From positions 672,001 to 736,000 of the forward strand of contig CAWJPJ010000007.1 of the NCBI GenBank assembly GCA_963844715.1: a stretch of DNA of 64,000 bases. Direction: 5' to 3'. The position numbers and the translations under genes are program-made. Shown here one piece after another: positions 44,021 to 54,826 of this stretch. Numbering within the stretch: the stretch's first letter is position 1; every line of letters begins with the position of its first letter. The notes below the pieces were generated by a model. The model had not been told where the DNA came from, searched no databases, and saw only the letters and a list, made by a program, of their open reading frames with translations. The stretch is from an uncultured Phycisphaerales bacterium (GTDB taxonomy: Bacteria > Planctomycetota > Phycisphaerae > Tepidisphaerales > Tepidisphaeraceae).

Positions 44021-45610
44021 ATGAGGCTTGGATCGAGGAAACTGGCGGCTTTCGCAGGCGCGGCGTTGTTGAGTTTTGTTCCGATGGTCGCCTGGGGGCA
44101 ATCTGCCGCTCATGTAATCATCATCTCAATCGACGGGCTGCACCAAGCCGATCTTTCCGATCCGGCTTTGATGGCTGATCTTCCTCGCATCACCGAATTG
44201 CTGAAATCGTCCGTCTCTTATTCCAACGCCGCGACCACCACGCCGTCCGACTCATTCCCGGGCGCTATGGCTTATTTCACGGGCGCTGGTCCGGCGACGA
44301 CCGGCGTTTATTACGACGAAACCTTTTGCCGGTCCCTCATCGCGCCTGGCGGCACCACTTCCAGCCCACTCGGGACCGAAGTCGACAACACCGAAGAATT
44401 GGACAAAGACCCCGACGTTCTCAGCGGCGGCGGCGACAGCGGCGTGCAAAGCATCGACACCTCCAAGCTCCCCATCGATCCTTCGGGCGGCCCGGTCTAT
44501 CCGCACGGTTATTTGAAGGTCAACACGATTTTCGAAGTCGCCCATGCCGCGGGGTTGCGAACCGTGGTTATGGAAAAACATCCTGCCTACGAAATCGCCG
44601 CCGGGCCTTCGGGCAAAGGCGTCGATGATTTCTACTGTCCGGAAATCTCCGCCAAGGCCGCGCTCGTCGATGGAAAGCTCGTCGACAGCGACGGCAGCGT
44701 CCCTGACGGGGAAAAGCTCAAGCAGATCAGCAAGCAGGTTCCGCTCGCGTGCGCGTATGACGACATGCGGATCGCGGCGCTGCTGCGGACGCTCGACGGG
44801 CAAGACACGCGCACGACGACCAAGCCGGGGATCCCGGGCCTGATCGAGATCAATCTTCAGGCCGTCAATGTCGCGGAAAAGAGTAAGCACGGCGGAATCG
44901 AAACAGTGGACGGCAAGGAAACCCCTTCCGACGATATGAACACCGCCTTGGCCCACGTCGATGCCAACATCGGCCAGGTCGTGGATAAGCTCAAAAGCGC
45001 CGGCCTGTGGGACCAGACCCTGCTGGTCGTTACCGCCAAGCATGGGGAAAACCCTCGGGTTGGCACGCTCCGCACCATGGGCGCACCGGTTTATCTCGAT
45101 CCGCTGCGGACCGCGGGCATCACGGTTGGGCATGCCACGGTGGATGATCTGGCGGTGATCTGGCTCAATGATCCGACCCAGGTAGCCAAGGCGGCGGGGA
45201 TTCTTGAAGGAATCAAATCGAGCAACGCCGACGCGGCTATTGACCAAATCCTTTGGGGCGATTCGCTCAAGGCGGCGGGCCTGGCGGGCTCCGCCGATCG
45301 GACGCCGGACCTGATCGTCACGCTTAAGCCGGGCGTTGTCATTGGCGGTAAGCCGAAGCGTTCGGAACACGGCGGATTCTGCGAGGATGATACGCACGTT
45401 CCGCTGATCCTTACCGGCGGCGTAGTCGATCCGAAAAGCCGGGCCACGGTCGTTGACGGACCCGTCAAAACCACGCAAATTGCCGTCACGGTCATCGAGG
45501 CGCTTGGTCTGAACCCGGGCGACTTGCAGGGAGCCCAAATCGACAAGACGCAGGCTCTGCCCAATAGCGGTTTGGAGAATATAGCGGCCGCCAAGGCTTC
45601 GGCGCACTAG
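44021..45610 (+). CDS. Alkaline phosphatase superfamily (NPP/type I phosphodiesterase) protein
   Basis: IIISIDGLH, PSDSFPG, VVTAKHG, SEHGG...HVPL; signal peptide. Confidence 0.88.
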   Translation: MRLGSRKLAAFAGAALLSFVPMVAWGQSAAHVIIISIDGLHQADLSDPALMADLPRITELLKSSVSYSNAATTTPSDSFPGAMAYFTGAGPATTGVYYDETFCRSLIAPGGTTSSPLGTEVDNTEELDKDPDVLSGGGDSGVQSIDTSKLPIDPSGGPVYPHGYLKVNTIFEVAHAAGLRTVVMEKHPAYEIAAGPSGKGVDDFYCPEISAKAALVDGKLVDSDGSVPDGEKLKQISKQVPLACAYDDMRIAALLRTLDGQDTRTTTKPGIPGLIEINLQAVNVAEKSKHGGIETVDGKETPSDDMNTALAHVDANIGQVVDKLKSAGLWDQTLLVVTAKHGENPRVGTLRTMGAPVYLDPLRTAGITVGHATVDDLAVIWLNDPTQVAKAAGILEGIKSSNADAAIDQILWGDSLKAAGLAGSADRTPDLIVTLKPGVVIGGKPKRSEHGGFCEDDTHVPLILTGGVVDPKSRATVVDGPVKTTQIAVTVIEALGLNPGDLQGAQIDKTQALPNSGLENIAAAKASAH

Positions 45611-45614
45611 GCGT

Positions 45615-46487
45615 TTAACCGGCGGCGACCAAACCGAATCGCACATGCACGCGGCGCTCGATCGGCGCGAAGATGAGCCGATCCGCGAGCATGCCGATCA
45701 CGACCATGACGATCATGATGGCCACAACTTGCGCCACGTCGGAAAAATCCTCGCCGGTGCGCAGAAGAAATCCGAGCCCGTGACGATCTGCCGCGAGGAT
45801 CAGTTCGGCCCCCATGAGAGACCGCCAGGCAAAGGTAAACCCCTGCCGGAGGCTGCTTGCCAGCGCCGGCAAACCCGCCGGCAATAGCACATACCGATAA
45901 AGCCGCCACCGCCGCGCCCCCAGCATCAATCCCGCCAGGCGAAACAGCGGCGAAGTATTTTTCAGCCCGTCGCGCATGGAAATTGATATTCCAAACGCGC
46001 TCCCCATCACCAGCACGAAAAGAATTCCCGTCTCGTTGAGCCCAAAGAGCAGCACCGCCAGCGGCACCCAGCAGACACTGGGCAAAGTTTGTAAACCCAG
46101 AAACGCCGGGCCCAGAAAATCGTTCAACCGTTTCGACCGCCACATCGCGGCGCCCAGAAAGGTGCCGACGACGACGCTGATGCTGAATCCGACGATTAGC
46201 CGGATCGCGCTGACCAGGTTCGCCGAGATCAGCGGCGCGTGGACGATGCGATTCCAGGAAAAGACGCTCTGGGGTCCCGGCGGGAGCGGCCAGCCGCGAT
46301 GCAGCGGGGCGCCAAAATCCGTCGAGATTCCCAGCATATCCAGCAGCGAATCGACGATATGGCTTGGCGCCGGAAAAATGAACGGACGCCACTGAAAAAT
46401 CCTATATGCCGCTTCCCATATCGCCAGCAACGCTGCCCAGATCAGCAATCTTTTGAGGCTGCCACGAATCTTCGGCCGCCAGGGCAT
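45615..46487 (-). CDS. Sulfonate/nitrate-type ABC transporter permease (SsuC-like)
   Basis: FPAPSHI, LQTLPSVCWVPLA, FAWRSLMGAEL. Confidence 0.88.
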   Translation of the reverse strand: MPWRPKIRGSLKRLLIWAALLAIWEAAYRIFQWRPFIFPAPSHIVDSLLDMLGISTDFGAPLHRGWPLPPGPQSVFSWNRIVHAPLISANLVSAIRLIVGFSISVVVGTFLGAAMWRSKRLNDFLGPAFLGLQTLPSVCWVPLAVLLFGLNETGILFVLVMGSAFGISISMRDGLKNTSPLFRLAGLMLGARRWRLYRYVLLPAGLPALASSLRQGFTFAWRSLMGAELILAADRHGLGFLLRTGEDFSDVAQVVAIMIVMVVIGMLADRLIFAPIERRVHVRFGLVAAG

Positions 46488-47274
46488 TGACACGATTGAC
46501 CTCATCCTCAATTTCTTTTCGAACCTGTTTCGCCAGTTCGTTGATGTCCGGGCTATCGAACATGCGCGGATGCGGGAGCTGCACGTCGATGATCTTGCGT
46601 ATCCCGCGCCCGTGGGCGCTCAGCACGATCACGCGATCGGCCAAACGCACGGCCTCGCCGACCGAGTGGGTCACGAACAATACCGTTTTTCGCGTCTGGC
46701 ACCAGAGGAGTTGCAACTGATGATGCAGCAGGGTCCGCGTCTGGGCGTCCAGCGCCGCGAACGGCTCGTCCATCAGCAAAACCGCCGGATTCATCACCAG
46801 AGCCCGCGCGATGGCGACCCGCTGGCGCATTCCGCCGGAAAGCTCGTGCACCAGTTTTTTTTCGCTTCCGCCCAGGTGCACCATCTTCAGCGCCGCCGCG
46901 GCCCGCTCCGTCCGCTCGTTTGCGCCGACGCCCTTCATCTTCAGCCCGAACTCGACGTTTTGCATCGCCGTCAGCCAGGGGAACAGACCGTGATCCTGAA
47001 AGACCATCGCCCGGTCGGGGCCGGGATGGCGAATGAGTTTGCCGTCCAGCGTGGCGGTTCCGCTATCGGGCCGGGTCATTCCCGCGGCGATGTTCAGCAG
47101 CGTCGTCTTCCCGCAACCGCTGGGGCCGACGACCACGACGAATTCCCCCGGGTCCGTCTTCAGTGAGAAATCGCGAAGCGTGTGCGCGGAAGAATTGACG
47201 AATCGCTTGCTGATTCCATCCAGAACCAACCTGCCGACCGTCGGCGGAGCGGCCGTCGCCTGCGCGTTGGACAT
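46402..47274 (-). CDS. Sulfonate/nitrate-type ABC ATP-binding protein (SsuB-like)
   Basis: GPSGCGKTT, LSGGMRQR, LLMDEPFAALDAQTR. Confidence 0.92.
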   Translation of the reverse strand: MSNAQATAAPPTVGRLVLDGISKRFVNSSAHTLRDFSLKTDPGEFVVVVGPSGCGKTTLLNIAAGMTRPDSGTATLDGKLIRHPGPDRAMVFQDHGLFPWLTAMQNVEFGLKMKGVGANERTERAAAALKMVHLGGSEKKLVHELSGGMRQRVAIARALVMNPAVLLMDEPFAALDAQTRTLLHHQLQLLWCQTRKTVLFVTHSVGEAVRLADRVIVLSAHGRGIRKIIDVQLPHPRMFDSPDINELAKQVRKEIEDEVNRVNALAAEDSWQPQKIADLGSVAGDMGSGI

Positions 47275-47287
47275 TGGATCGTGCTCC

Positions 47288-48365
47288 CTATGGTGCGGTC
47301 GCCGGCGCCGCGCCGGCGATCTGGCGCATGATACCAGTTTCAAACAGCCCCGTCAGGTCGGGGGCGCCGCGGACGATATTCAAATCCGCCGCCCATTCAC
47401 CCATCGTCGCAAACGTGTCCGGAAGCGGATCGTCCGTGAATTGCGTCCGGCTCAGACTGTCCGCGAGCACTTTCGAGGACATCTTCTTTCCCCCCGATAG
47501 AGCCGAGAGCGCATCGCCCAACTGGCCCGCATAATTCTGCGGATTATTCTGCAATCGCGTTGTCCACTGATGATGCACGGCGAGCACCTTCGCGATGGCG
47601 TCCGGATGAGCCGCGAGAAATTGCGGCGTGGTCACGACCACCGTCAGCGAGAATTGCTTGTTCGGCCAAAAATCCTTCTCCTCGGCGACCAGCACCGCGT
47701 TGTCCCGTTCGATGAGAATTTCTCCCCACGGCTCCGGCACCCATGCCGCGTCGATCTTCCCCCGCGCCATCAGTCCGGCCTGCTGGGAATTCGGCACCGG
47801 CACGACGTTGTCGGAGTCCGATTGCCCAAGCACGCTGGTCACGTAATGTCGAGCCGAGACATCTTGGGTATTGCCGATCTGCGGGGTGGCGATGCGCTTC
47901 CCTTTCAAATCCGCCGGTGTCGAAATCCCGGCGTCTTTGCGGGCGACGATGAGCACGCCGTTCGCCGCCGCACCCGCGATGACGCGCACCGCCTGGCCAT
48001 TGCTATGCGCCTGCGCTCAGCACCGGCCCGGGCCCGACATAACCGATATCGATCTCACCGGCATTCAGCGCCTGAATCAATTCGGGTCCGGCGTTGAACA
48101 CCTTGGTCTTCAATTGCACCGGCCCCAGCGCCGTCTGCAAATCTCCCGATGCCACTTCCAAGACCGCCTGGGCGTGCGTCACGTTCGCAAAATATCCGAG
48201 GCGAAGCTCCGTGAGCGGCGGGGGGGGTGCCGGCTCGCTCGATTTCCCGCACCCGCTGATTAAAACTCCGATCGTCACGACGAACGAAGAGAACACGCTC
48301 ACCCTGACCCACTTCCAGAAACCCGGAAGAGGGCGATTATTTTCTTTCATTTTCCTGGCTTTCAT
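47288..48365 (-). CDS. Sulfonate-type ABC substrate-binding lipoprotein (SsuA-like; frameshift near 48010)
   Basis: ISGC lipobox, [36 protein letters not shown]. Confidence 0.88.
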
Positions 48366-49645
48366 CTGAATCTCCGCACGATCAACGTATCGTTCTGCCC
48401 CCCGAACCCGAAGCTGTTCGACATGGCCACATCCACTTTCGCCGCACGAGCCTGATTCGGGACATAATCCAAATCGCATTCCGGATCGGGATTTTCCAAA
48501 TTCATGGTCGGCGGGAGCATGTGGTCCCGTATGGCTAAGACGCAACATATCAATTCCACCGCGCCGGCCGCCGCGATCAGGTGCCCCATCATGCTCTTGA
48601 TGCTACTCACCGGGCATCCGCGCGTTGTCCTTGAACACCGCCTTGATCGCCCCGGTTTCGTTGCCGTCATTTTCGCGCGTTCCCGTCCCGTGTGCGTTGA
48701 TGTACTGAATGTCCTTCGGCGAAAGCCCGGCGTCCGCCAGCGCCTCGGTCATGGCGCCGATGGCGCCTTCGCCTTCGGGGTGCTGATCGGTGATGCGGAA
48801 CGCGTCCGCCGTCGAACCATACCCGACGACCTCGGCAAGGATTTTCGCCCCTCGCTCCTGCGCATGCTCGAGCGTTTCCAGAATGACCATCCCCGCCCCC
48901 TCGCCCAGGACAAACCCGCCGCGCTGTGCGTCAAAAGGCCGGCTCGCGCGCGGCGGATTTTCGTTCGCCGTTGACAACGCCGTGAGCCGGATGAACCCGG
49001 TCACGCCGAGCGGATGGATCATGCTATGCGCACCGCCGCCGATCATGACGTCCGCATCGCCGCGGCGCAGTATTTCGGTCGCTTCGCCAATTGCTTGCGT
49101 GCTGGCCGCGCACGCCGTCAGGCAGTTAAACGCCGGGCCGCGCGCCCCCGTCAGACAGCGCCAGATGCGAAAGCGGCATATTCGGCTCCTGCTCCAATTC
49201 CCTGACCCTATTCATGCGCTCGAACGCCACTTCAGTCCATTTCACCGCATCCAGCGAAGCCGCCTGCGGATTCCAGCCGGAAAGAATCGCGCCGAATAGG
49301 CCTCGAAATCCAGCGATCCTTCGCCGCTGCCGAGATAAATCCCGACGCGATCGAGATCCATCTTCGCCGCGTCCAATCCCGCCGCTTTCCAAGCCTCGCG
49401 CACGCCCCGAGCGCAAATTGCGTGTTTCGGCCAACCCCCGCGTGCGGGCCGGCCATGCCGATGAAATCCTCCATTCGGTAATCTTTCACTTCCGCGGAAA
49501 TGCTGGTCGAAAATGTTCCCGCCTCGAAAATCGTCGTGCGCGATATCCCGGACTCGCCGGCGAGCAGCCGCTTCCACACGCTCTCGATGGAATGCCCCAT
49601 CGGCGTGACCCAGCCCATTCCCGTGATGACCACTCGCTTCCTCAT
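48362..49645 (-). CDS. FabF-type beta-ketoacyl-ACP synthase with intact catalytic triad (several frameshifts)
   Basis: [47 protein letters not shown]. Confidence 0.9.
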
Positions 49646-50951
49646 GAGCCAACTTTCCTGAAAACCAGCGCGGCATTCTGCCCGCCGAGGCTATACACAC
49701 TAGTCAGCGCCACGCCGATTTTTCCATCGCGGGTCTCCCGCGCAACATTCAGCTTCCCGCCGTCAACAATCTTTCGCGTGTTCACGCCCGGCGGAATCTT
49801 CCCGTGATAGAGAGCCAGCACCGCGCTGGCGGCATCCACACCGCTTCCCGCCGCCAGGCTGCCGATTTGTGCCTTGATCGGCGAAACCGGGACCTTTTCC
49901 GCGGCGGTTCCGAGTGCCGCTCGAATTCCCGCCAGTTCCGCCTTGTCGTGGGATGCGATGCCCAATCCGTTCGGCACCAGCACGCCCACATCTTCGGCTG
50001 ACACAGCGGCCTCTTTGAGCGCGTTGCGGATCGCCTGGGCATAACTATGCCCGCTCGGTTCGGGGTCGGCGATCTTGTAGCTGTCCTGGCTGGCCGCGAA
50101 TCCGGTCAGTTCGGCGTAAATCTTCGCCCCGCGCTTCTTGGCGCGCTCGAATTCCTCCAGGACGAGCAATCCGCCCCCTTCACCCAGCGCCGTCCCCTCC
50201 GCATCCGAGTCAAACGGGCGAACTGCCTCGGCGGGCGTTTCATTGCTGCTGCGATTCAAACGTTCCAGCAGCGTCTGCCGGAGTATTCCCATCGGATTGA
50301 TTTTGCATTCCGCGCCGCCGCAGATCGCCAGATCGGCCTTGCCGCGCTGGATGGTCCGGAACGCCTCGCCGATCGCCAGATGGCTGCTGGCATCCGCGCA
50401 GGTGATCGTATTACTCGGCCCCTTAAGCTGATGAATGATTGTCACATGGCACGCCAGCATGTTCGGCAAATACTTGAGCAGCCACAGCGGCGTAAGCTGC
50501 GTCATCCCCTCGATGCCCCATTGGGCCATATCCAGCCGATTCGGCTCGGCCGCCGTCCGCGACGTATTCATCGCCGCGCCCAGTTCATCAAGCTCGCGCT
50601 GACCAGCCCCGCCCCGATATTGCACCCAAATCTTTTACCGTCGAAGTTCGGCGTCTCGGTATACGCCTGCGATTTCAATCCCGAATCCTTGAACGCATCG
50701 TCCGCCGCGACGACGGCCAATTCGATATCCCGCGCCATCACCTTGGTGGCTTTGCGATAGGTCTTTGGGACGTAATCGCCGATTTTGTAAGCCGGCGCCT
50801 CGCCGCCGACCTGGCAGGGGAACCCCGCCGGATCGAACAGGCTCAATCGCCGAATGCCGATCTGCCCCGCGCACAGGGCATTCCAATGGGCGACGCCGCC
50901 GATTCCGATCGGCGAGACGATTCCGACTCCCGTGACTACAACTCTTCGCAT
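49642..50951 (-). CDS. Second ketosynthase-fold protein lacking both catalytic His (CLF-like); frameshift near 50600
   Basis: TITCADASS; VPNGLG in place of NAHGT; KAQIGSL in place of KSxxGH. Confidence 0.85.
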
Positions 50952-51447
50952 CTAAAGGGATATGTTCGCCCCGAGTCGGTAAGTCTTCAATAGCTCGGTA
51001 AATTGCGGCGTGAAAACGAAGTTATGCTCGGGAAATTCCATCCCGGCAAGATTCTGATCGATATGGCTGAACATCAACTCGATTTCCGCGACCACTGGGG
51101 CGTCAGCCTCGATTCCCACCGTGACTTTTCCGCTGACGGAGGCTCCGTCCTCGGAAAGCTGCTCGATTTTAGCCGAATAAACCAGCGTCTCCCCCGGCCG
51201 CGCCAGCCGATGGAATGTCGCACGGCCGATCTTCGCGAGGATCACTTTTTCAGAAAAATCCGCGCTTCGCCGACCAGAATCCCCGCCGTCTGCGCCATCC
51301 CCTCGATGATCAGGCTCGCCGGCATGATCGGAAACGCCGGATAGAGATCGTGCAGATAATCCTCGGCCAGCGAAATGTTCTTGATCGCGACCGCCGATAG
51401 TCTGCTTTGAAACTCGACGAATTTGTCGATCCAGATCCAGCGCGCAT
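50952..51447 (-). CDS. FabA/FabZ-like hotdog protein lacking the canonical His (frameshifts)
   Basis: Manual translation WIWIDKF...KNISLAEDYLHDLYPAFPIMPASLIIEGMAQ. Confidence 0.8.
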
Positions 51448-51448
51448 A

Positions 51449-51862
51449 TCACCCGAGCTTGGATTGGACGTAATTCACGACCGTCTGCACGTTCAGCAAA
51501 TCCTGGGCGGCCTGGATGGTCGGGTTCTTGTCGAACGCCGTGAAATCCGCGAACGGCATGCGCTTTTTCAATTCCGCGATTCCCAGCGGCGTGATCTTCC
51601 CGTCCATCACGAATTTCTCGTCCGCCATCATGGCCGGCAGATTTTCGGGAAACAGCTCCCCGCGGGGAATCTTGAACGGCTTGGCCGGGTCGGTCGTAAA
51701 CGCTTTTTCGAGCCGGAACACAATGTCCAGAAAGTCGATGCTCTCCGCCCCCAGGTCTTCCCGCAGCGTCGCGTCCGGCGTCACTTCATCGGCATCCGCG
51801 CCCAGCACATCCTCCAGAACGCCCTGAACTTTTTTAAAGATTTCTTCTTTGCTCAGTGCCAT
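51449..51862 (-). CDS. Enlarged acyl carrier protein (about 137 aa)
   Basis: DLGAESIDFLDIVFRLE, followed by an internal insertion. Confidence 0.88.
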   Translation of the reverse strand: MALSKEEIFKKVQGVLEDVLGADADEVTPDATLREDLGAESIDFLDIVFRLEKAFTTDPAKPFKIPRGELFPENLPAMMADEKFVMDGKITPLGIAELKKRMPFADFTAFDKNPTIQAAQDLLNVQTVVNYVQSKLG

Positions 51863-51875
51863 GAAAATTCCTCTT

Positions 51876-52361
51876 TCAAGAAAGCCCCGAAACATTCCCG
51901 TGCGTCAGCAGCGCCCAGCGGTGTTGTGTGTGTTCGATCAGATTCCGGTCGATCCCCGCCAGTTCCGCCTGTTTGTCGGCCAGATTGAAATACGCCAGCT
52001 CGACGCGCACCGTGACCGCCGTTTTATCGTTGAGGGTCGCCGACGCCTTGAACGTCGCGCCGTCGTCGGTCATTTTTGCCAGTTCGACTTCCACGCGCAG
52101 CACGTTTCCCGGGGCTACGAACGCGCCGTATTTCACGTTTCGCGCTTCCTTGAGGACCGCCATCGACTTGGAAAACCCCTGCCGCCGCTGAAGCAGCCAA
52201 CCCGCCGCCTGCGTGATGGCCTCGAGCATGAGCACGCCGGGCAGCACCGGAAAGGTCGGAAAATGATCCGCGAGATACTCCTCGGCGAGGCTCACGTGCT
52301 TCAGCGCCACCAGCTTCGTGTCCGACACCGATTCGATTTTGTCGATGAGATTGAATTTCAC
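51876..52361 (-). CDS. FabZ-type 3-hydroxyacyl-ACP dehydratase
   Basis: YLADHFPTFPVLPGVLMLEAITQ. Confidence 0.9.
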   Translation of the reverse strand: MKFNLIDKIESVSDTKLVALKHVSLAEEYLADHFPTFPVLPGVLMLEAITQAAGWLLQRRQGFSKSMAVLKEARNVKYGAFVAPGNVLRVEVELAKMTDDGATFKASATLNDKTAVTVRVELAYFNLADKQAELAGIDRNLIEHTQHRWALLTHGNVSGLS

Positions 52362-52438
52362 AAAAAAGGCCCGCGATTCCGTGCGTCAACCAAGCGGCGT
52401 TGTATCGGTGACCCGCCCCCATTGCAAGGCCGAGAGAC

Positions 52439-52837
52439 TCACGGAGCATCGCTAAATTGGGCATGTACGGCTGAATTGTCGCTCAGCCGAACCCAACCGA
52501 TCGCGCGCGATTCCAGCGCACGAAGAGGCGATGGGCGCGTCGTCGCGCTGGGTTTGAAGATCAATCCATGATCCGAATTCACCCCCGGATCGAAACCCGC
52601 CAATCCCCCGCTGCCCAGGAGAGAGCCGCCGTCCCACGTCACGGCCAAGTCCCGGTCCAAATCCACATCCGAATGCGTCGGATTCACCAGATCGATTTCC
52701 GTCAATTGCGGCTCAACGGTTCGCAATTCGATAAACAACTGGCTTCGCTTGCGGAAATGGAGAACAATTCCCGCCGCCAGCAGCGCCGCCACCATCGCGG
52801 CAAACCAATACGCCATCCATTTTTGTGAAAATTTCAC
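52439..52837 (-). CDS. Hypothetical N-anchored protein
   Basis: Single TM followed by a beta-rich domain. Confidence 0.5.
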   Translation of the reverse strand: MKFSQKWMAYWFAAMVAALLAAGIVLHFRKRSQLFIELRTVEPQLTEIDLVNPTHSDVDLDRDLAVTWDGGSLLGSGGLAGFDPGVNSDHGLIFKPSATTRPSPLRALESRAIGWVRLSDNSAVHAQFSDAP

Positions 52838-52848
52838 GGGTCGTTGAA

Positions 52849-53643
52849 TTACGACGAGAAGAATTTCTTGATGGTTTGAACCGTCGCCTGCCTCTGCACC
52901 GTGGCGATGCTTTCCAGAAGCGGAATCTCCTTGGGGCAGACCTGCACGCAGTTGCCAGCCTTTCCGCAATCGGCGACGCCGCCTTCTTCCATGAGCGTAT
53001 CCAGCCGTTCCGATTTCAGCGCTTTGCCGCTCGGGTGCTCATTGAAAAGCCGCGCCTGGCTGATCACCGCCGCGCCGACAAAATGATTCACCGGCGTGTA
53101 TTGCGGGCACGCCTCCAGGCAGCATCCGCAACTGATGCAGCGCGACAGCGGATAGACCTGCTCCTGTTTCGCCTGGGAAATTTTCGGCCCCGGACCGAGA
53201 TCGTAGGTCCCGTCGATCGGCACCCAGGCCCGAATCTTTTTCAAATCGTTGAACAACCGTTGCCGATCCACGAACAAATCTCGCACCAGCGGGAATTTCT
53301 TCATCGGCTCCAGGGTGATTGGATCGCTCGACCGTCCAATTTTGTCCACCAGCGCCGAGCAGGCCTGCCTCACCCGCCCGTTGACCACCATCGTGCACGC
53401 CCCGCACACTTCTTCCAGGCACCCGCTGTCCCAAACCGGAGGCGTGGTCGCCGTTCCGTTCGTTGTCGTCGGATACGCCGCGATGTGCTGCAAGCACGAA
53501 ATGACGTTCGCATTGGGCCGATAAGGAACCGCGAATTCTTCCCAGCGCGAGGGTTTGTCGGGTGCATCCTGCCGCCGAATCCGGATGATCACCTTCCGAT
53601 CACTTTCCGGCGCTGCGGAAGCTCCTGGTGGGGCGGGACTCAT
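52849..53643 (-). CDS. sdhB: Succinate dehydrogenase iron-sulfur subunit
   Basis: CLEEVCGAC, CISCGCCLEACP, CGKAGNCVQVCP. Confidence 0.95.
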   Translation of the reverse strand: MSPAPPGASAAPESDRKVIIRIRRQDAPDKPSRWEEFAVPYRPNANVISCLQHIAAYPTTTNGTATTPPVWDSGCLEEVCGACTMVVNGRVRQACSALVDKIGRSSDPITLEPMKKFPLVRDLFVDRQRLFNDLKKIRAWVPIDGTYDLGPGPKISQAKQEQVYPLSRCISCGCCLEACPQYTPVNHFVGAAVISQARLFNEHPSGKALKSERLDTLMEEGGVADCGKAGNCVQVCPKEIPLLESIATVQRQATVQTIKKFFSS

Positions 53644-53712
53644 CGGCAAAACTCTATGGATCAAACCCCCGCATGGCAAGACCAGCACCCCAACTTCCGA
53701 TATATACTGGCC

Positions 53713-54716
53713 ATGGTGACCCGCCGGCTTTCACGGATTCGACTTGTGGCTGCCGTCGTGGCGGCATTCTTACTCGTCTCCTGCAGCCAGGAACAGCATC
53801 TCGGCTCCTGGAGCGGGCCGCAGATGCTCTCGCAGGTCAGCATCGAAGACGTCAACAACGCCCCCCAGGTCAAAGTCCTCCGCACCCCGCATTACAAAAT
53901 CTATACGACCGTCGATGATCGCCCCGATCTGAACGATCGCATCGCCCAGTTAATGGAGGGCGCCTTCGGAGCCTATCGCACCGTCGGCGGCAATGTCCCG
54001 GTTACCGATTACCCGATGCAGTGCTACATCTTCGCCAATCGCGTTCAGTGGGAGCGATTCACTCTCATGCACGCCGGCCCGGACGCGGACATTTATCTCA
54101 AGATCGCCCGAGGCGGGTACACCATCCACGACTGGTACGTCGCCTATTACATCGGGGACATCTCCACCTATTCGGTCGCCGCCCACGAGGGGTGGCACCA
54201 GTACGTCAACCGCCATTTCAAAGGCCGTTTGCCTCCCTTCCTTGAGGAAGGGATTGCCTGCATGTTTGAGAACGTCGAATGGGACGGCAATTTGCCGCGA
54301 TGGAATCTCTCCCTCAACCCCTCCCGCGCCTGTCTCTTCGCCGGGCCATGGATGCCGGCGAACTCTTCCCCCTCGATAAGCTCTGTATGCTCCATGCCGG
54401 TGAAATCGTGAATATGTCGACCATCCGCATCGAGGCCTTTTATGCCCAGGATTGGGCCTTTGCCCGGTATCTGTGGGAGGGGGAGAACGGCCGCTTCCGC
54501 CCCGCCCTCCAGCAGCTTATTGCCGACACGGCTGCCGGAACCGTCTACGACCCGACCGGCTCCCATCGCCGGAAATACCTCCCCTGGGATGCCCGGGGCG
54601 TCCGCCCGATGCTCGAACACTACCTAAAAGAGGATTTTCCCACCCTCCAGGCCGGTTTCCAGCAGTTCATGGTCAAAGTGGCATACGACGAAATGAAGGA
54701 GCAGTTCCAAATGTAG
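53713..54716 (+). CDS. Lipoprotein with HExxH zincin motif (DUF1570-like; frameshift near 54325)
   Basis: LVSC lipobox; AAHEGWHQY, LPPFLEEGIA, FYAQDWA. Confidence 0.75.
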
Positions 54717-54826
54717 GAGTCGTTTGAGCGCTAGATACCGGACCTTTGATCCTTTGCTTCGTCTTCACCTGTTTTCAGATAAAAATTGTATTGGAGCCTG
54801 CCTCGTCTCACGATATATTTTTAGCT

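Noticed and set aside
44252..45646. Long antisense ORFs (also 236-1303, 57770-58870, 18528-19526)
   Set aside because: Typical high-GC shadows of well-supported genes on the opposite strand
48362..52361. Ladderane lipid biosynthesis
   Set aside because: No radical-SAM, desaturase-like or anammox genes nearby; KS similarity alone is not enough
52825..54411. 528-aa ORF antisense to sdhB
   Set aside because: The first 296 codons are a shadow frame; the real lipoprotein starts at 53713
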